Shown here: piece after piece, positions 11,362-24,587 of the stretch
Layout: every line of letters begins with the position of its first letter
Position numbering within the stretch: the first letter of the stretch is position 1
DNA from: Paramecium tetraurelia
Lineage: Eukaryota
Length of the DNA: 64,000 nt
NCBI GenBank assembly: GCA_000165425.1
Contig: CT868672.1
Coordinates: forward strand, 240,048-304,047
Reading direction: 5' to 3'
Notes under the pieces: model-generated
What the model was told of the DNA's origin: nothing
The model's database searches: none
Seen by the model: only the letters and a program-made list of their open reading frames with translations
Made by a program: the position numbers and the translations under genes

Positions 11362-14300
11362 TCAATTAAAGTCACATTTAGAGTTTTATTCAACACATTT
11401 TTTGTTTAAACTATTCCATTTACAATTTTGATATTTAATGCTCAAGCAAGCATTTATATTGATACCTTTAGTTTCTTATCCACATTTACAAGAAATCACT
11501 TCATTGTCATTAAGAATTACGCAAGATTTAGATTTTTCTGAATACTTTACTTTATCCACATTAACCAATCCACATGAATTTTCATTAACTAGAATGTAGG
11601 TATTATAGTTAATTGTTTGTTAAGCCATTGAGACTGGGATGGAAACACACTGTCCATTTAGCCATCTGCAGAAAGACCCAGGTTTGCTAACAGAAAAGCA
11701 TGAAGCATAACTTAGGGAGGTACTACAATCCTATTAAGAATTTGGTGTATATTAAGTACAGACACCAGAAGTATAATTGATCTTGTCAGTTTTGTTAATA
11801 AAGACTTCTTTGGTTTCTGTGCTCCATAAACATTGACTAGTCTATTGGGTCACACAGGCTACTTTGTTAACATTATCTACACAATTATCATCGTTAAAGC
11901 TTTCTACATGTGTTTAACAAGTTTTATCGACATATTGGCACATCTACCCTTATCTGATAATGTCAAGACAAGCCCGTTTGGATCCGACATTTCCTATTTA
12001 ATTGCAGGTGTCGGTACTAGTAGTTTAAAGGAAGGAGCATTTGTTATTGCTCCAAATACAAGGGAGATCTAGTAGTTGAGTGCATTGCTCTTAAGTTTCT
12101 AATTCATAGCAAGATATTGGCTAAATCAATTTGCATGTATTAGTCGAGGAATTATAAACACAAGCACCCGAATCAGCTTAACTATTGTAGCAGACTTGAA
12201 TAGAGACAACCTTATGAGAGGTTTCCAATGCTGAACAGGTTTTACCCGTAATGTCAAAGTCTTAGCAAACTTTGTTGACAGAATCCCAAGTGCAAAGGTA
12301 ATTATATCCTAAACAAACTTCTTTGTTGATTGAGTCAGAACATTAATTGACTCCATAGGTTGGGCCAAAACAGAAGTTCTTGAATAAGCATTATAATGAA
12401 GGTCTTGTGTATAATTAACAAGCTTGTTCATTAAGTCCACGATCACACTCAAAAACATCTGTTTTTATCACTTATTTACATGATTTGGTGACAAAATCAT
12501 ATTTACAAGGGACATCTAATGTATTTTCACAAACAGAATAGGTATTAACATAGGTGTAATCAGTGCATTTCAGATTCAATTGAGTTATTTCTTAGCAAAT
12601 TGATGTTTGAATGTTAAACTAGCATTTGTAATCTGGATTGGTAATACTGGTGCATCCAACTTGATTAATGACATCTGAACATTTGACAGTTTTTAATTGT
12701 GCATAAGTAATACCTGTACAGATGCTATTATTAATCCAGCATGGTTCGATAGTCACAGATGAACATGTGTCGAGTGATTTATCTTTGCAGAAGATGCTAC
12801 CACCATAACATAATTATCGTTCATCACTGTACTTGCATTGAGGGAACTTGTTACACAACGACTTGCTGAATCCTCTATTAAAACAATCAGCAGCTGATGC
12901 AATTGTGAAATCAGCAGTAGTTAAAACTTGACAATTGCGAGTTGCAGAATTGTATGCACAATCATCTGTAGTATATTAACAGAATTCAAATCTATTTACA
13001 TTAGTCAGAGTCACACAAGTGCCAATTTAACCAGGTGGTACTATATAGTTAAATGACTTGCACTTCTATGCAACCAAGTCATATTAACAAAATTGAGTTG
13101 GATTCGTTATGGATAAACAAGCATAGATGTTAATGGGAGACTCACATAATAAATTCTTAAGATCATTGCTAGTAGCCTCTACACAACCTTTAAGGTCATC
13201 CCACATTGTAGCTATTTTAACAGTGGCATGCTAGTAGCCTAAACATGCGTTCTTATTAAATGACTATCCAATATTCCAATCTTATACGCTCGTTGTTACC
13301 GCATTTCCTTTGTAACAATAATTAGTGGCTGGAATATAATAGCAGAATCCTACAGTAGCTTTGGAACAAGTGATTAAATTAGTTTTAATGTCAGTATTGC
13401 ATTCAGCTAATTTAGTCTATGGGAAGTCAGTGCATTCTCCATTTAAAAATTAACAAGTCTAATGAAAATATTATAATTTATATACACTGCCAGTTTTTCG
13501 TAGATAATAGCATCTAGCTATATTAAGATACCAAGTCTTGGGAGTTTAGTCATCTTGACAGGAAAAGGTATTGTCATAGGTGAAATCGCATTTATTAGTA
13601 ATTGCATTGAAATAGCAAAAGGATTTGGTTGTCGACTCTAAACATGCCTTTTTGCTTAGCCCTGGAGTTTAACATGTTTCATTTGTGGCTGCAGCTGCTT
13701 TACAATCATAGCCTTCAGAGTCGTATTTGCATAAGGTAGTAGCAAAAGAGGCGCAGACTTGTGGGCCAACATAAAGCGGATTAGCGGTAGTAGATACTAA
13801 ATTAGCACAAGTATCAGTTGCAGTAATTAGTTGACATTTTCCCTAATAAAATTTACACAAATTGTTTATTTAAATGCATGCTTTCCAATTGAATGCTGCG
13901 TTGCAAGATGTTTCTAACTTGATCTCATCTGCACTAAGATCCAGACATTGATTATCGACATATTAACCTATATAAATATGATTAAATACAAGTATTGATA
14001 GTCTTGCTCAAGCAGACTCTATTATTGATAGATGTTGATCTACAAAGAGCGATAAATTTCCTGGGGTATTCTTTTGCGTAATCTGCATCTACACAATACT
14101 GTTTGTTATTGTCATAGATGAAATAAGCATCATTGAATGCGTTATTGTAATAAACACAGGCAGTAGCAGAATACGTTTGGCCAACTGGTGGTGTTGCTCT
14201 AGCATATACGGTTGCAATCGCTAAGGTTAAAGTGCTGCATTCATTTTGATAAAATTTGCAATATTTGCCAGGTACTGTAAGACAAGACACTTTATTCAAA

Positions 14301-17300
14301 GAATTATTGCAGTTAGTATCAGTCTCAGTTATTGGAACACACTTGTTGACTTTAGAGTCGAACTTGCATTTATCCAAGGTTCGAGTCAAGCAAGCTACTT
14401 TATTGATACCTTGATGTTTGCTGCAATATAAATCAGTAGAGCCCACATTAGTGCATTTGTAAGTCTTCTAATCATAAAAGCAAGATTCAGTGCCTGACAA
14501 GAGTTAACAGAAGTAAGGATTGACTTATGAGTAATTATTATTCCAAGTGTAATTCTTACATCCAAAATAATTATAGTTTGTGTATTTGATGCAAGCCACA
14601 TTATAATTGGACCATCCACAGGGAACATTCTATTTAATGTTGAGACACCCAAACTTATTCATCACAGAACAAGTGTCAGTCTCAAGACTAGCTGAAACAC
14701 ACAAGTTGTTAACCCATTTGCAGGCTTCTTTGAATGATAACAAACAATGTTGTTATTATCCACCAACGTCATTAATTTCACTGCAGGATAAGGGGATTGT
14801 ATCAATATCTATGCAACTTTACGTTTGCGAATCAAACCAACATGAACTCTTTGAAGTCAAGCAACTCTTTTTACCCAAACCCACACAACTTGCAGCGTAT
14901 TGAGCAGAATTTAAACTCAATTTAACACAGGTAACAGTGGAACTATCCCATTTAGTAAGTATCGTATTGGAGAGAGTTATGCAACTGTTTTGATTTAATC
15001 TTTACAGATTTACTATGCATTTGCTTATGACATCATTCCATTCACAATCAGTGGAATGGGTTTGACAACTATTTTAGGTTGAAATGGAGTCACAAGAAGA
15101 ACTCAAATCAGTTTTTTCCTAACAAGTAGAGAGTCCATAGTCGTACATCATATTTTTGTTCTTGCATTCAACGCAAGCTTTTTTATTTGATGTGATGCCT
15201 ATTAAATTTGAGCAGTCATCATAGAAAGCTCTTTGACAGGAATTTTAAGCAAATTTACAAGGAATTGCTGATATTTGACCACAAGCATATTCCTTATATT
15301 GAGTGATCAAATAATTGACTTCATTGCACACATAATAATAATTGGATTTGTTAGCATTTAATGAAGGGATAGTGAGATTAGTACATTTTCCAGATGAAAA
15401 ATCACATTTCTAATCTATGGTCAAACATAAACTCTTACTGACTCCTGGAGTTGTACATGTAATGACATCTGAACTAGAGGGAATAACACAAGAACTATTC
15501 TTATAATAGCATTTTTCAGAAGAAAAGGAACAATCTTCTGCTTTAAGAGGAGTAATTGATGAACAACTAGATGATGGAGACACATCATCTTCACATAAAT
15601 CAGTGATTGGGGAATCAACAGAACATGCAGGAGTGAAATCATAACCATCCAAAGCTACCTTCTTACAATAAGCATTCTCAGTCTTACTATTAATACAGGA
15701 ACTTCCATTCAATTAGTTACAAGCTTACACTTTATATGAGTTAGCAGTATAATCATTGCAACCACCTTATGTGATGTCAAAATAACAATTATCTGCTAAT
15801 TACAGACAAATGGCCTTAGAGTAGATATTTGTGCATTAAAAAGAGACTGGTGCCAGAGAACAATATGCCCCATTCTAATTACTACTGTATTGAGCATTCA
15901 CTATTTTGGCAAGTTTGCATCCATAATTGGTAGTGTCCCATGCACAATATGATTCAAAATAACATTGTTAGGCATTATCAGCAACAGGATCGCTGGTACA
16001 AATTCTGGTCCCATCATCAGAGGAAGCATCAGTGAGAGTTTCACTTATTGAAGAACATGCTAGTTTGTTGAAAATTTAATTGGTCTAAATGAGAGTAGAA
16101 CATTTGGTTGTGTCTGTAATATCGATAGATCTGCATGTTAAGGTATCTAGATCAAAGTAGCAAGTGGCTGGTAAGTTCATGCAGACATCAATGCTGATGA
16201 GTTTGTCTGTTGAGCATGTTAATTGTTCTTCTTTAAATTCTTAGCATTTCAATTCAGGTGGTTAATTTGGATCAAAGATACATCTGTGATTCTTAGTCAT
16301 AGTTAAACAAGCATGCTTATTCATTATTTTAGAAGTACAATCATTATTTGATGTTAACAGTTCAACACATTTAAAATTATTAAAATAATAACCACCTCCA
16401 ACCAAATTGGTGCAAGTTTGGGCATTATATAAATTATTAACATTAACCTTGTTTAGAGCATCTTTTTAACTGCAAATTAAGTTTGTAGTAGACCACTCAC
16501 AATTGTCATTCATTAGATTCTTACATAAGAACAAATTGATGTTATCGTTGCATTTCAGAGTATTCAAAGCATTCTCATCACTCTCTTCATAGCATTCTAA
16601 TAAGGTTGAATCCCATCTGCAATTTCCTTAGGTCTTGGCATAACAACCAATACTATTAACTCCTGGGAGATCACAGTTCGTTGAGGTATCATAAGAATAG
16701 ACACAATAATTTAAGGGTTCATAGAATTTACAAATTTATCCAGGCATGGTGATATTTTTACAAGCCTACTCATTCACTTTTGCAAAATAAGGAGAAGATG
16801 CTAGAGAGAAGTCATTGCATTTAACATTCTAAGGACTGGATACACACTTGTCAGATCCATCCAAAAAGGCACATGGAACATAGGGATTTGAGATACAGGC
16901 CTATTAATTTTGATTTTCATCACAAGTCAAGAGTGTGAGGTAATCCTCTATTCTTTCACAACTCAAGGTTAGTTTATTCCACTTGCAATAAATGTTTGCT
17001 GAGTATCCTAAACAATAATTAATGTTGACTCCTTCAGTTTCACAATCAGTCAACATTGGAGGTACTAAATATACAGCACAATAATTGGTATCCACATATT
17101 TAAAGTACTTTGCATAATTAGATTTGATAGCTTCAACTCCTTGGCATCCGTATCTACTTAATGATGTGGGTGGGAATACTCCAGCTGAAAATGTGGGATA
17201 GTCACTGTAATTGATTTAAGTACATACAAATCCATCCCAATAACATTTCTGTGTAGTAGACCATTCAATCATCCAACAAGATTTGGAATTCATGGATGAG

Positions 17301-19874
17301 CATTTATATTTCATAAAGTTATAATAATCCTTGACTGCTTATATTGAGGTTAGATCTGTTGATTCATTGGTCAATTGAACACATTTATTGAACTCATTAA
17401 AATAACAGTAAACTGTTTGATCTGTGTATCGACTGCACACATGGGCATTGATACCTGAAACTGTAGTACAACACTTATCTGTGCAAGGCTTATCTTAATA
17501 TAAGATGCAATTTCCCTTTCCATTATATTCACAATAACCTCTAAGGACATCTACCTTCTTTCCCTTGGCTGGATCATTATTTGGCTATGAATATGATAAT
17601 ATAAATTACAAAGTTCATGACAACACTGGCACATACATTTTCATTCACATAGACCTCGGCTCCAGGAGTAGACTTCTATTTTTCTTAGGTATTGTAATCT
17701 AGGCATTTCTCATTCAACTAAACTTAATTGTAATCACATCTAGAAGATCTTGTATTCCAAATACACGATTCACCTAATGTTTTGATGGCCATGCAAATGT
17801 TTAATGTAGGAGAACTAGCAACGCATCTTGCCGTTGTCAATAATTCTTTAGATGCAAGTATATCAATCTCTTGAACTGATTTACTATCAGGAGCAGTCAC
17901 ACAGATGTTGTTAGTCTTATCAAAGTAACATCCTGTTTTGCTTCTTGTAATTTAAGAACATGCAAAAGCATTTAATCCAGGAGTTGTACAATAATCACCT
18001 GTGTCACTATAGTTGACACTATTTACACATCCAAAAGCATCAGAATTATACTTACAAGGTTCTGAATTAGCAGTAACCAATGCACAAATGGCAGGATTGA
18101 CAAATTATAATTCTATACAATTGACAAGTGACAGAGATTCCTTACTCTTTATCTTTGTACATTAACTTCTATACCATCTACACCTCTACCCTAATTTACT
18201 TATCATTGTGCAGCCATGTTTATTTAATCCCATTTGTTCGCATTCCATATCAATTAGACTTACTAGGTTGACCTCTGTGCAAAGTGAAGTCTCTTCATTA
18301 TAGTAACACCCAATGAATTTGCTATTCTTGAATTCAGTCACTTAGGAACAAGACTTTGGATTTGAGAACTTAAGTTCACTGCAACGGGTATTTAGTTCAA
18401 TGACTTCCACGTCCTCGCACTAACCTACTTATTCATTCCACTTGCAGGATATCTACTATTGTATATTGACACAAGCATATAGATTGATGAATGGAGTTGT
18501 GCAATTTTCGAATCCATTGCTTCTTACACACAAGTGAAGAGTTGCATCGTATTTACAACCAACACCGTTCTTAGATATTGATTAACAAACATTTCCATTC
18601 ACCTTATAAGCAGTACCATCAATCAAAGGCAAAGGGCAATCCAAGTCTTGGTTGATGATAATTCTCTGACATTTTTGACCATTCCATTGACAATTTTGAA
18701 ATGGAGTTGTGATGCTAATACATGAAATCTCATTTATGTTATCTTCACATAAAGTCATCTTTAGTTATTCTTCAGATAATTCAGAACATCCCAATTCATC
18801 ATCAAATATACCTTAGTTTAATTAAAATTAATTACATTTATCATTTTGAATTTATAAACAAGCATTTTTGCTTAATCCTTTTGTCCTGCAACTTATCTAA
18901 TTTAATGCCGTAATTGGTGTGCATGTTCTGTGTTCCTTATCATATTCACATAATTCTGACATAGCCATACAAACACTTGGATTAATATTTGAAACATCCG
19001 AACATTTAGTGTTCTCTTTGACTTCGTAATCCTAACACCCTGTCTATTTCCAAGCACATCTCACAGCTGGATTTGAAATCCCAAGACAGGCCTCAATATT
19101 TAATTGTTATAAACAACTAATTTCATCTTTTTGTTAAAATTATCTACATATCCCATGCTAAAAAATGCCTAAAACTCTAACTATTACTTACATTTCTATC
19201 CAGGAGTCTTAATTGATGTGCAGGCTACTTAGTTCAACCCGGAAGTATCGCAAGTTATTGTTTGAAGCATAATGTCAGACACATTTTCACAAGAATATCC
19301 ACCTTCAAATCCGTTATTATAACCTAGCAGTATTTTACTAAATCTTATACATGGAATCTCCTAAATCTGGGAACATAATTCAGGGGCGACGGCTGTGTTG
19401 AAAATTAATGAGCAATCATTTCCAGATGGAATGGGTCCCTCATATTAAGAACAAATTGTTCCACTCCAATAACATTATTTTTGATGGATATTTACACAAC
19501 CATAGATAGAAAAGTGATCCTTGCATTCTAGATGTCTCAAATGGAACTCATTCGCATCTATGCATTTCTTTCCAAAAAAGCCTTTCTCTATAATTCTAGA
19601 TAATTACATTAAGCTTCATTCCCACTCAAATTTTGTTTTTACATCAAGCATGCCTGCAGATTAAGAGTGGGCTAGCATCCTAATGAGCTACTTTTAACCT
19701 CTATGCATTGATTTTCGAAAAAACTAAATTAACCTTGAATTATTTATAGCCAAATTTACATGCTATTCCTTGAGTCTTCTACACACATGCAACTGGATCC
19801 AAGGGGTAGTAGCTGCAGAACATTCCCAATGTAGTTGTAATATAGAGCGTAATTATCAAAATGGAAAATTTCAT
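11362..19874 (-). CDS. Giant (~2,750 aa) secreted cysteine-periodic repeat protein, surface-antigen-like
   Basis: Signal peptide MKFSILIITLYITTTLG; dozens of repeats of type C..G.N..AC....C.[WFY]....C; at least 6-7 tiny introns; ends ...CKWNSLNKKCVEQNSKCDFN*; the full length was only spot-checked. Confidence 0.85.
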
Positions 19875-20138
19875 ATGATATTGAATATTAATTGGAACTT
19901 TAAAATTCAGTATAAATAGTCGGCATTGATTAATTTTAATAAGTGGGTTTCTATTATCGATATCGATTTTAAAGGGATCTTATTTACATCTTTTGTCTTT
20001 TCAAACATGAGTAAGTTAATTTTTTATGGAATATATTGATACCAAGTTAATTTACTATTTTATTAAAGGATAAATATGAATTTCAATTATGCAAAATAAA
20101 TAAAATTAGAAGTAAGAACAAAATAAATTAACAAATCA

Positions 20139-21866
20139 TCAAATAAACATTTGTGAATTAATTGAATCCAAACTAGAAATTGTATTCTGAGTTGTTGTCT
20201 CTTTTGATCTTTTCATCTTGATCGAAGACGATGAACTCTCTTATTGATATAATTTTTGGCTTTTCTTAATTAAATGTGAGTCATCTTTATTAATCTTCTT
20301 CCTAATTTAATTACTCTAATTTTATCTCCTATTCGTCTTCTAATAAATTGTTTCTTCATCATTTTTTGTGTTGTTCAGGAACTCTAAAGGAATGTCCAAC
20401 AACTGCCTCCTTTTCTCCTTGACCAAACTCTCAAATTAGGATGTCCTGTAAATATCTTCCAGATCGCCGTTAAGTTCTAAGAATTGTCTTTTCATCTTAT
20501 AGATCATGTCATTTCTTTCGCATCTTTCGCAAGTGCAGAATCCCTAGATTCAAAGATGAAATTTTACTTTGCACAAAGGACAAATCCACAAATAAGACGT
20601 GGTCTCATAAGAATCAAAATCGTACTTTAGACACTTTAAACAGAAGTACCTCTAACACATTATTTATTTGTCTATGATAAACATAATATTCGTACTTTCT
20701 ATGACATAATTCTCAGCATAAAAATCAATGAGAAATTATCTTGCTTACTTGGCATTTATTTAGTACCTTTGACAGATCAATAAATCTTCGTTGTATTCAT
20801 GCAAACCCATTTAAAAATGGTTATATTGACACTATTTCAGATTTTTGATTTCCACCATCTCCTTACAATAATGGCACATCTACATTTCGAACACATCCTA
20901 CTATCCTACATACAGAATTACATCAGATCTCAAATTGCATGGTTAGGTAACTAAATCAAACTTTTGTTCTCGAAATCTCTGGAGATTGCCAAAATCCTCC
21001 ACACTCATAGTGATGGGAGTTTTACTCAAATACTTATCGAAAATAACATGGACTGTATTGTCTGAAGTGGATAATTGTGATAATTACTTTAATCATTGAA
21101 GGTTGCTTTGGCAATACTCTCAGCCACTTAATAGTCTTACTGTGAGATTATTAGGTGTTTGAGCTAACTTAATTCGTTTTAATGATTGGACAGTCTCGAT
21201 CGAGTCAATTTCAATTTATGTTCCCCAACTTAAGAGCTATTGTAAGTATACAATAAAGTTAAGTTTATCTGATGAATGTGCTGTTCCAAACTAATTTACA
21301 ATGAATATGAATACATTTGCAATGCATTTCTGTTGCAACTAGTAATTTCATCAAGTTATTATTGATATTGTTCTATTGAAATACTTAACTCATCTGGCCA
21401 ATCAATTTGTTGCATTAAATTAGATAACAAATCTGCTTCTTGATTGTAAATCTGCAATTGCTATGCATCCGAACAAAGCGTGATATTCTTTATTAACTCT
21501 TATGCCTTCATTAATTCAGTTGACAGATGATCAAAACAAACTTCGTCTATCATTTCATCTATTAAATTTTCTATCGGTTCCTATTTTGATTGTCTTTGCA
21601 TAAAGAGCAACTAAAATCTTGTTTTCAAATTGTTTAAGTTAGTTTAGAACAGCTTGGTTCGATTGTTCTACCTAATTACCTTATTTAATGGACTCACAAA
21701 TTTTGATGATCTGCCATTTCGAGCTACTTCTATTCATAACAAGAATACATTTGCTTTTGAGAATATCGATATCTGTTATTTAAACTGGAGATTAGACAAT
21801 GAAATATTGTTCATTTATTTCTCTCCAAAACTCTGAAGTGAAGATTTATTCTCCATTTTTATCCAT
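20139..21866 (-). CDS. zf-4CXXC_R1 (CDCA7/JMJ-type zinc finger) protein
   Basis: CHYCKE...C....CQRYFCLKCLKYDF...WICPLCK|GFCTCERCER after removal of a 23-nt intron; Q-rich helical N-terminus; basic C-terminus. Confidence 0.75.
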
Positions 21867-21966
21867 TTTGCAATATTTTTAATATTGAATTGAAAAATTA
21901 TTCAATAATACATGTATTAGTTAAAACCAAAGTCTTAAATATAAAGAAGCCAAAAATTATATTAAT

Positions 21967-23610
21967 TCAATTTTAGAATGCAGCCAATTGTCCTTTGTTT
22001 TGTAATTCCTTCTCCTTTTCCTTCTCTGCATCGATCACTGCCTAATCTCTCCAATCATAGCCCACTTCCTTAAGAACCAAACCCAATATGATTCCGATGA
22101 CATTCAATGCGAAACAAATCCAAAACACTCCTTCCCATTTGATTTTCTTTCTTGCAAAAGCATATAGTATGTATCCAATCATATTAGCTACTCCAACAAA
22201 GAAGAACATGAACCCGTACATGAGACCTCCAATTTTCTTTCCATAGATTTTAGCACATATAACTGGATAAGTAGCCAATAGTCCACCTTCTGCAAGATAG
22301 ACTACAGCAATCAGTAAGAGATAGCCAATTCCATCTTTATTGTATGGCAATATGGCAGTTGTGATGAGATTGAGAATAGAGATGAGAGTAAATGTAAATT
22401 TGTATGAAGTCTTATCTGTTAGAGTTGCCCAGAAGAATCTCGATGATCCATTCATAACTCCTGCAACTGAACCAGTAGCTGTTAACGTAGCATCATCTAT
22501 TCCCAACTCTAATCCGTAGTATTTATAGCAATTAGATATCAACATACCAAAAGTACAGGACATCAATACAATTAATTGGAGAATCACAAAGGACGGATGT
22601 TTCATTCCTCGTTTACTAAAGAAATAAATATGATATCTTACATTTCAACACATTCTTTATGAGCTGGTAAAACTGGAGGAGGAGGGGCAGGAGCTCCTTC
22701 TTTTCTTTTCTTCTTTTCTTCAGCCTCTAAGGTAGCCAACATTTTATCTGGATCAATTTCAGCTGGGTATCTAACCATTATTGTTGCTATAATTCCCAAT
22801 CCAAAATAGCTTGCAGCAAGAACTTACAACATCAATGGAACTTTGTCTCCTACTTCACTGTCGAAGTATTTCACATCTTTGCCATCCTCCACTTCTATTA
22901 CTGATGGCTTCAAATTGTTGGGATTTGCTACTGCTTTGCATACGAAATTGAAGATGAATGATCCAAATCCATAACCACCAATTGTCATTCCTGATACTAA
23001 ACCTCTTCGGTTAGGGAAGTATCTCCATCCACAAATTATTGGTAGCATATATAATAAACCCCCAGAAATGCCAACCATTATGCAATACACTGCTATAAAT
23101 CCTCCTATCTGTTGGATAAATGATATAATCAGGAAAGCCAATGCAATAGTAAATGAACCTATACCTATTGTCACTTTAAATCCAATTTTCTCAGCTATCT
23201 TTATACCAAATGAGAGGACTGACATTGTGATGATTCCAAGGATTGGAAAGATGATAGCCATGAAATTTAGTGTGACATCCTTGTCTTTCTCTCTCATCCA
23301 AGCACAAACATAAGGACCTAAACAAAATTATTTTTAATTTATTACTGATTGAACCCCAAACATAAAATGTTCCCAACTCTATGTGTAGAATTACACCTCC
23401 AATCAATGAAATTATTCCTCTTTTTGTAAAGTTCCTCATTTCCTCCTCTGAATAAATTTCTTTATTCGGATTTATGTGAGTATCAGTTTTCATTGGACTG
23501 CTTTATTCACTCAACTTTGATAGTAATTTGTTCTGCTCGTTTGCTCCATGCACTGTTGCCAGTCCAGTCAAGTTATTTTATGCAATTGATGATGCATCTT
23601 GTTACTCCAT
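21967..23610 (-). CDS. MFS transporter, oxalate:formate antiporter (OFA)/MCT-like
   Basis: 12-TM pattern; LGTFYVWGSI, GWRYFPNRRGLVSGMTIGGYGFGSFIF, NGSSRFFWATLTDK motifs. Confidence 0.9.
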
Positions 23611-24587
23611 TTTTTTTATAATATTTTATTTGAAAAAATTATATCTTATAGCTAATTATTATAAATCCTTATAAACTCCAACCCCTTAGTACAAAATAAT
23701 AGTGTGTCATTAAAAATGATGCACTTTTAACTCTAATTTATTATAAAATTTAAATAATTTTATAAAAAATTTATAATATTTTAAATTTGTTTCTCCTTTT
23801 TCATGCTTCTCTTATCAATTTAAATACATCCAAATTTCAACATTAGCGACCCAATTATCATAACTAAACCATCAACATCATTAAATAAGCATCTTCGAAT
23901 CTCCATCATGTCAAGAAACAAAATTTTTAAAAAAACCATTATTTTCAACTCTAGAAGAAATAACCTTATCTAATCATTAAGTTTTTTATCATTAATTTTG
24001 AATCCAAGGCATGAAATGAACAAGATATTTCGAAATATTTATTATAAATTTTATAGTTCCTTTTTTAGTAGTGTAATTCTGACAATGATATTTTGCTTAA
24101 AAATCGTCTAATTTTTGATATTAGAACTCTCCCTAATCTCTTAGTACTATTGACTCTTTTAATTGCCTCTCTCAAAGGGAATTACTTAGTTAACGGGTTT
24201 CTAAGAAAAATTATGAAAGATTATTTGAACATTAAACTTGTTTGATAAGGTTCATTGTGTGAGAGCCTTCTGGTGATAACTGTCAGAGATTGAAGAAAAA
24301 GAAAGGAAAATAAAATATTGTTTAAGTATAATGTTATAATGATTCCCAATTACAGATTATTAATAAATTTTTAAAATTTAATTTGATTTCATTTAGTTAT
24401 AGTGAATTTTGATTATTTAGGAAAATAATAATAAAAGCTCTTATAAAATATAAAATTTTGGAATTCCATTTATGCTAAATATTGCAGAGTTTTTCAACTA
24501 AATTCTATATAATTCCTAAGCAGAGAGCCAGTGCTGATTTAAAAAGGTTAAATTATATTTTGATTATTTGAAATATTATCTAATTGT

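Noticed and set aside
23803..24245. ~147-codon code-6 ORF on the + strand in the MFS/Tra2 spacer
   Set aside because: No recognisable motif; ORFs of this length arise by chance when TGA is the only stop
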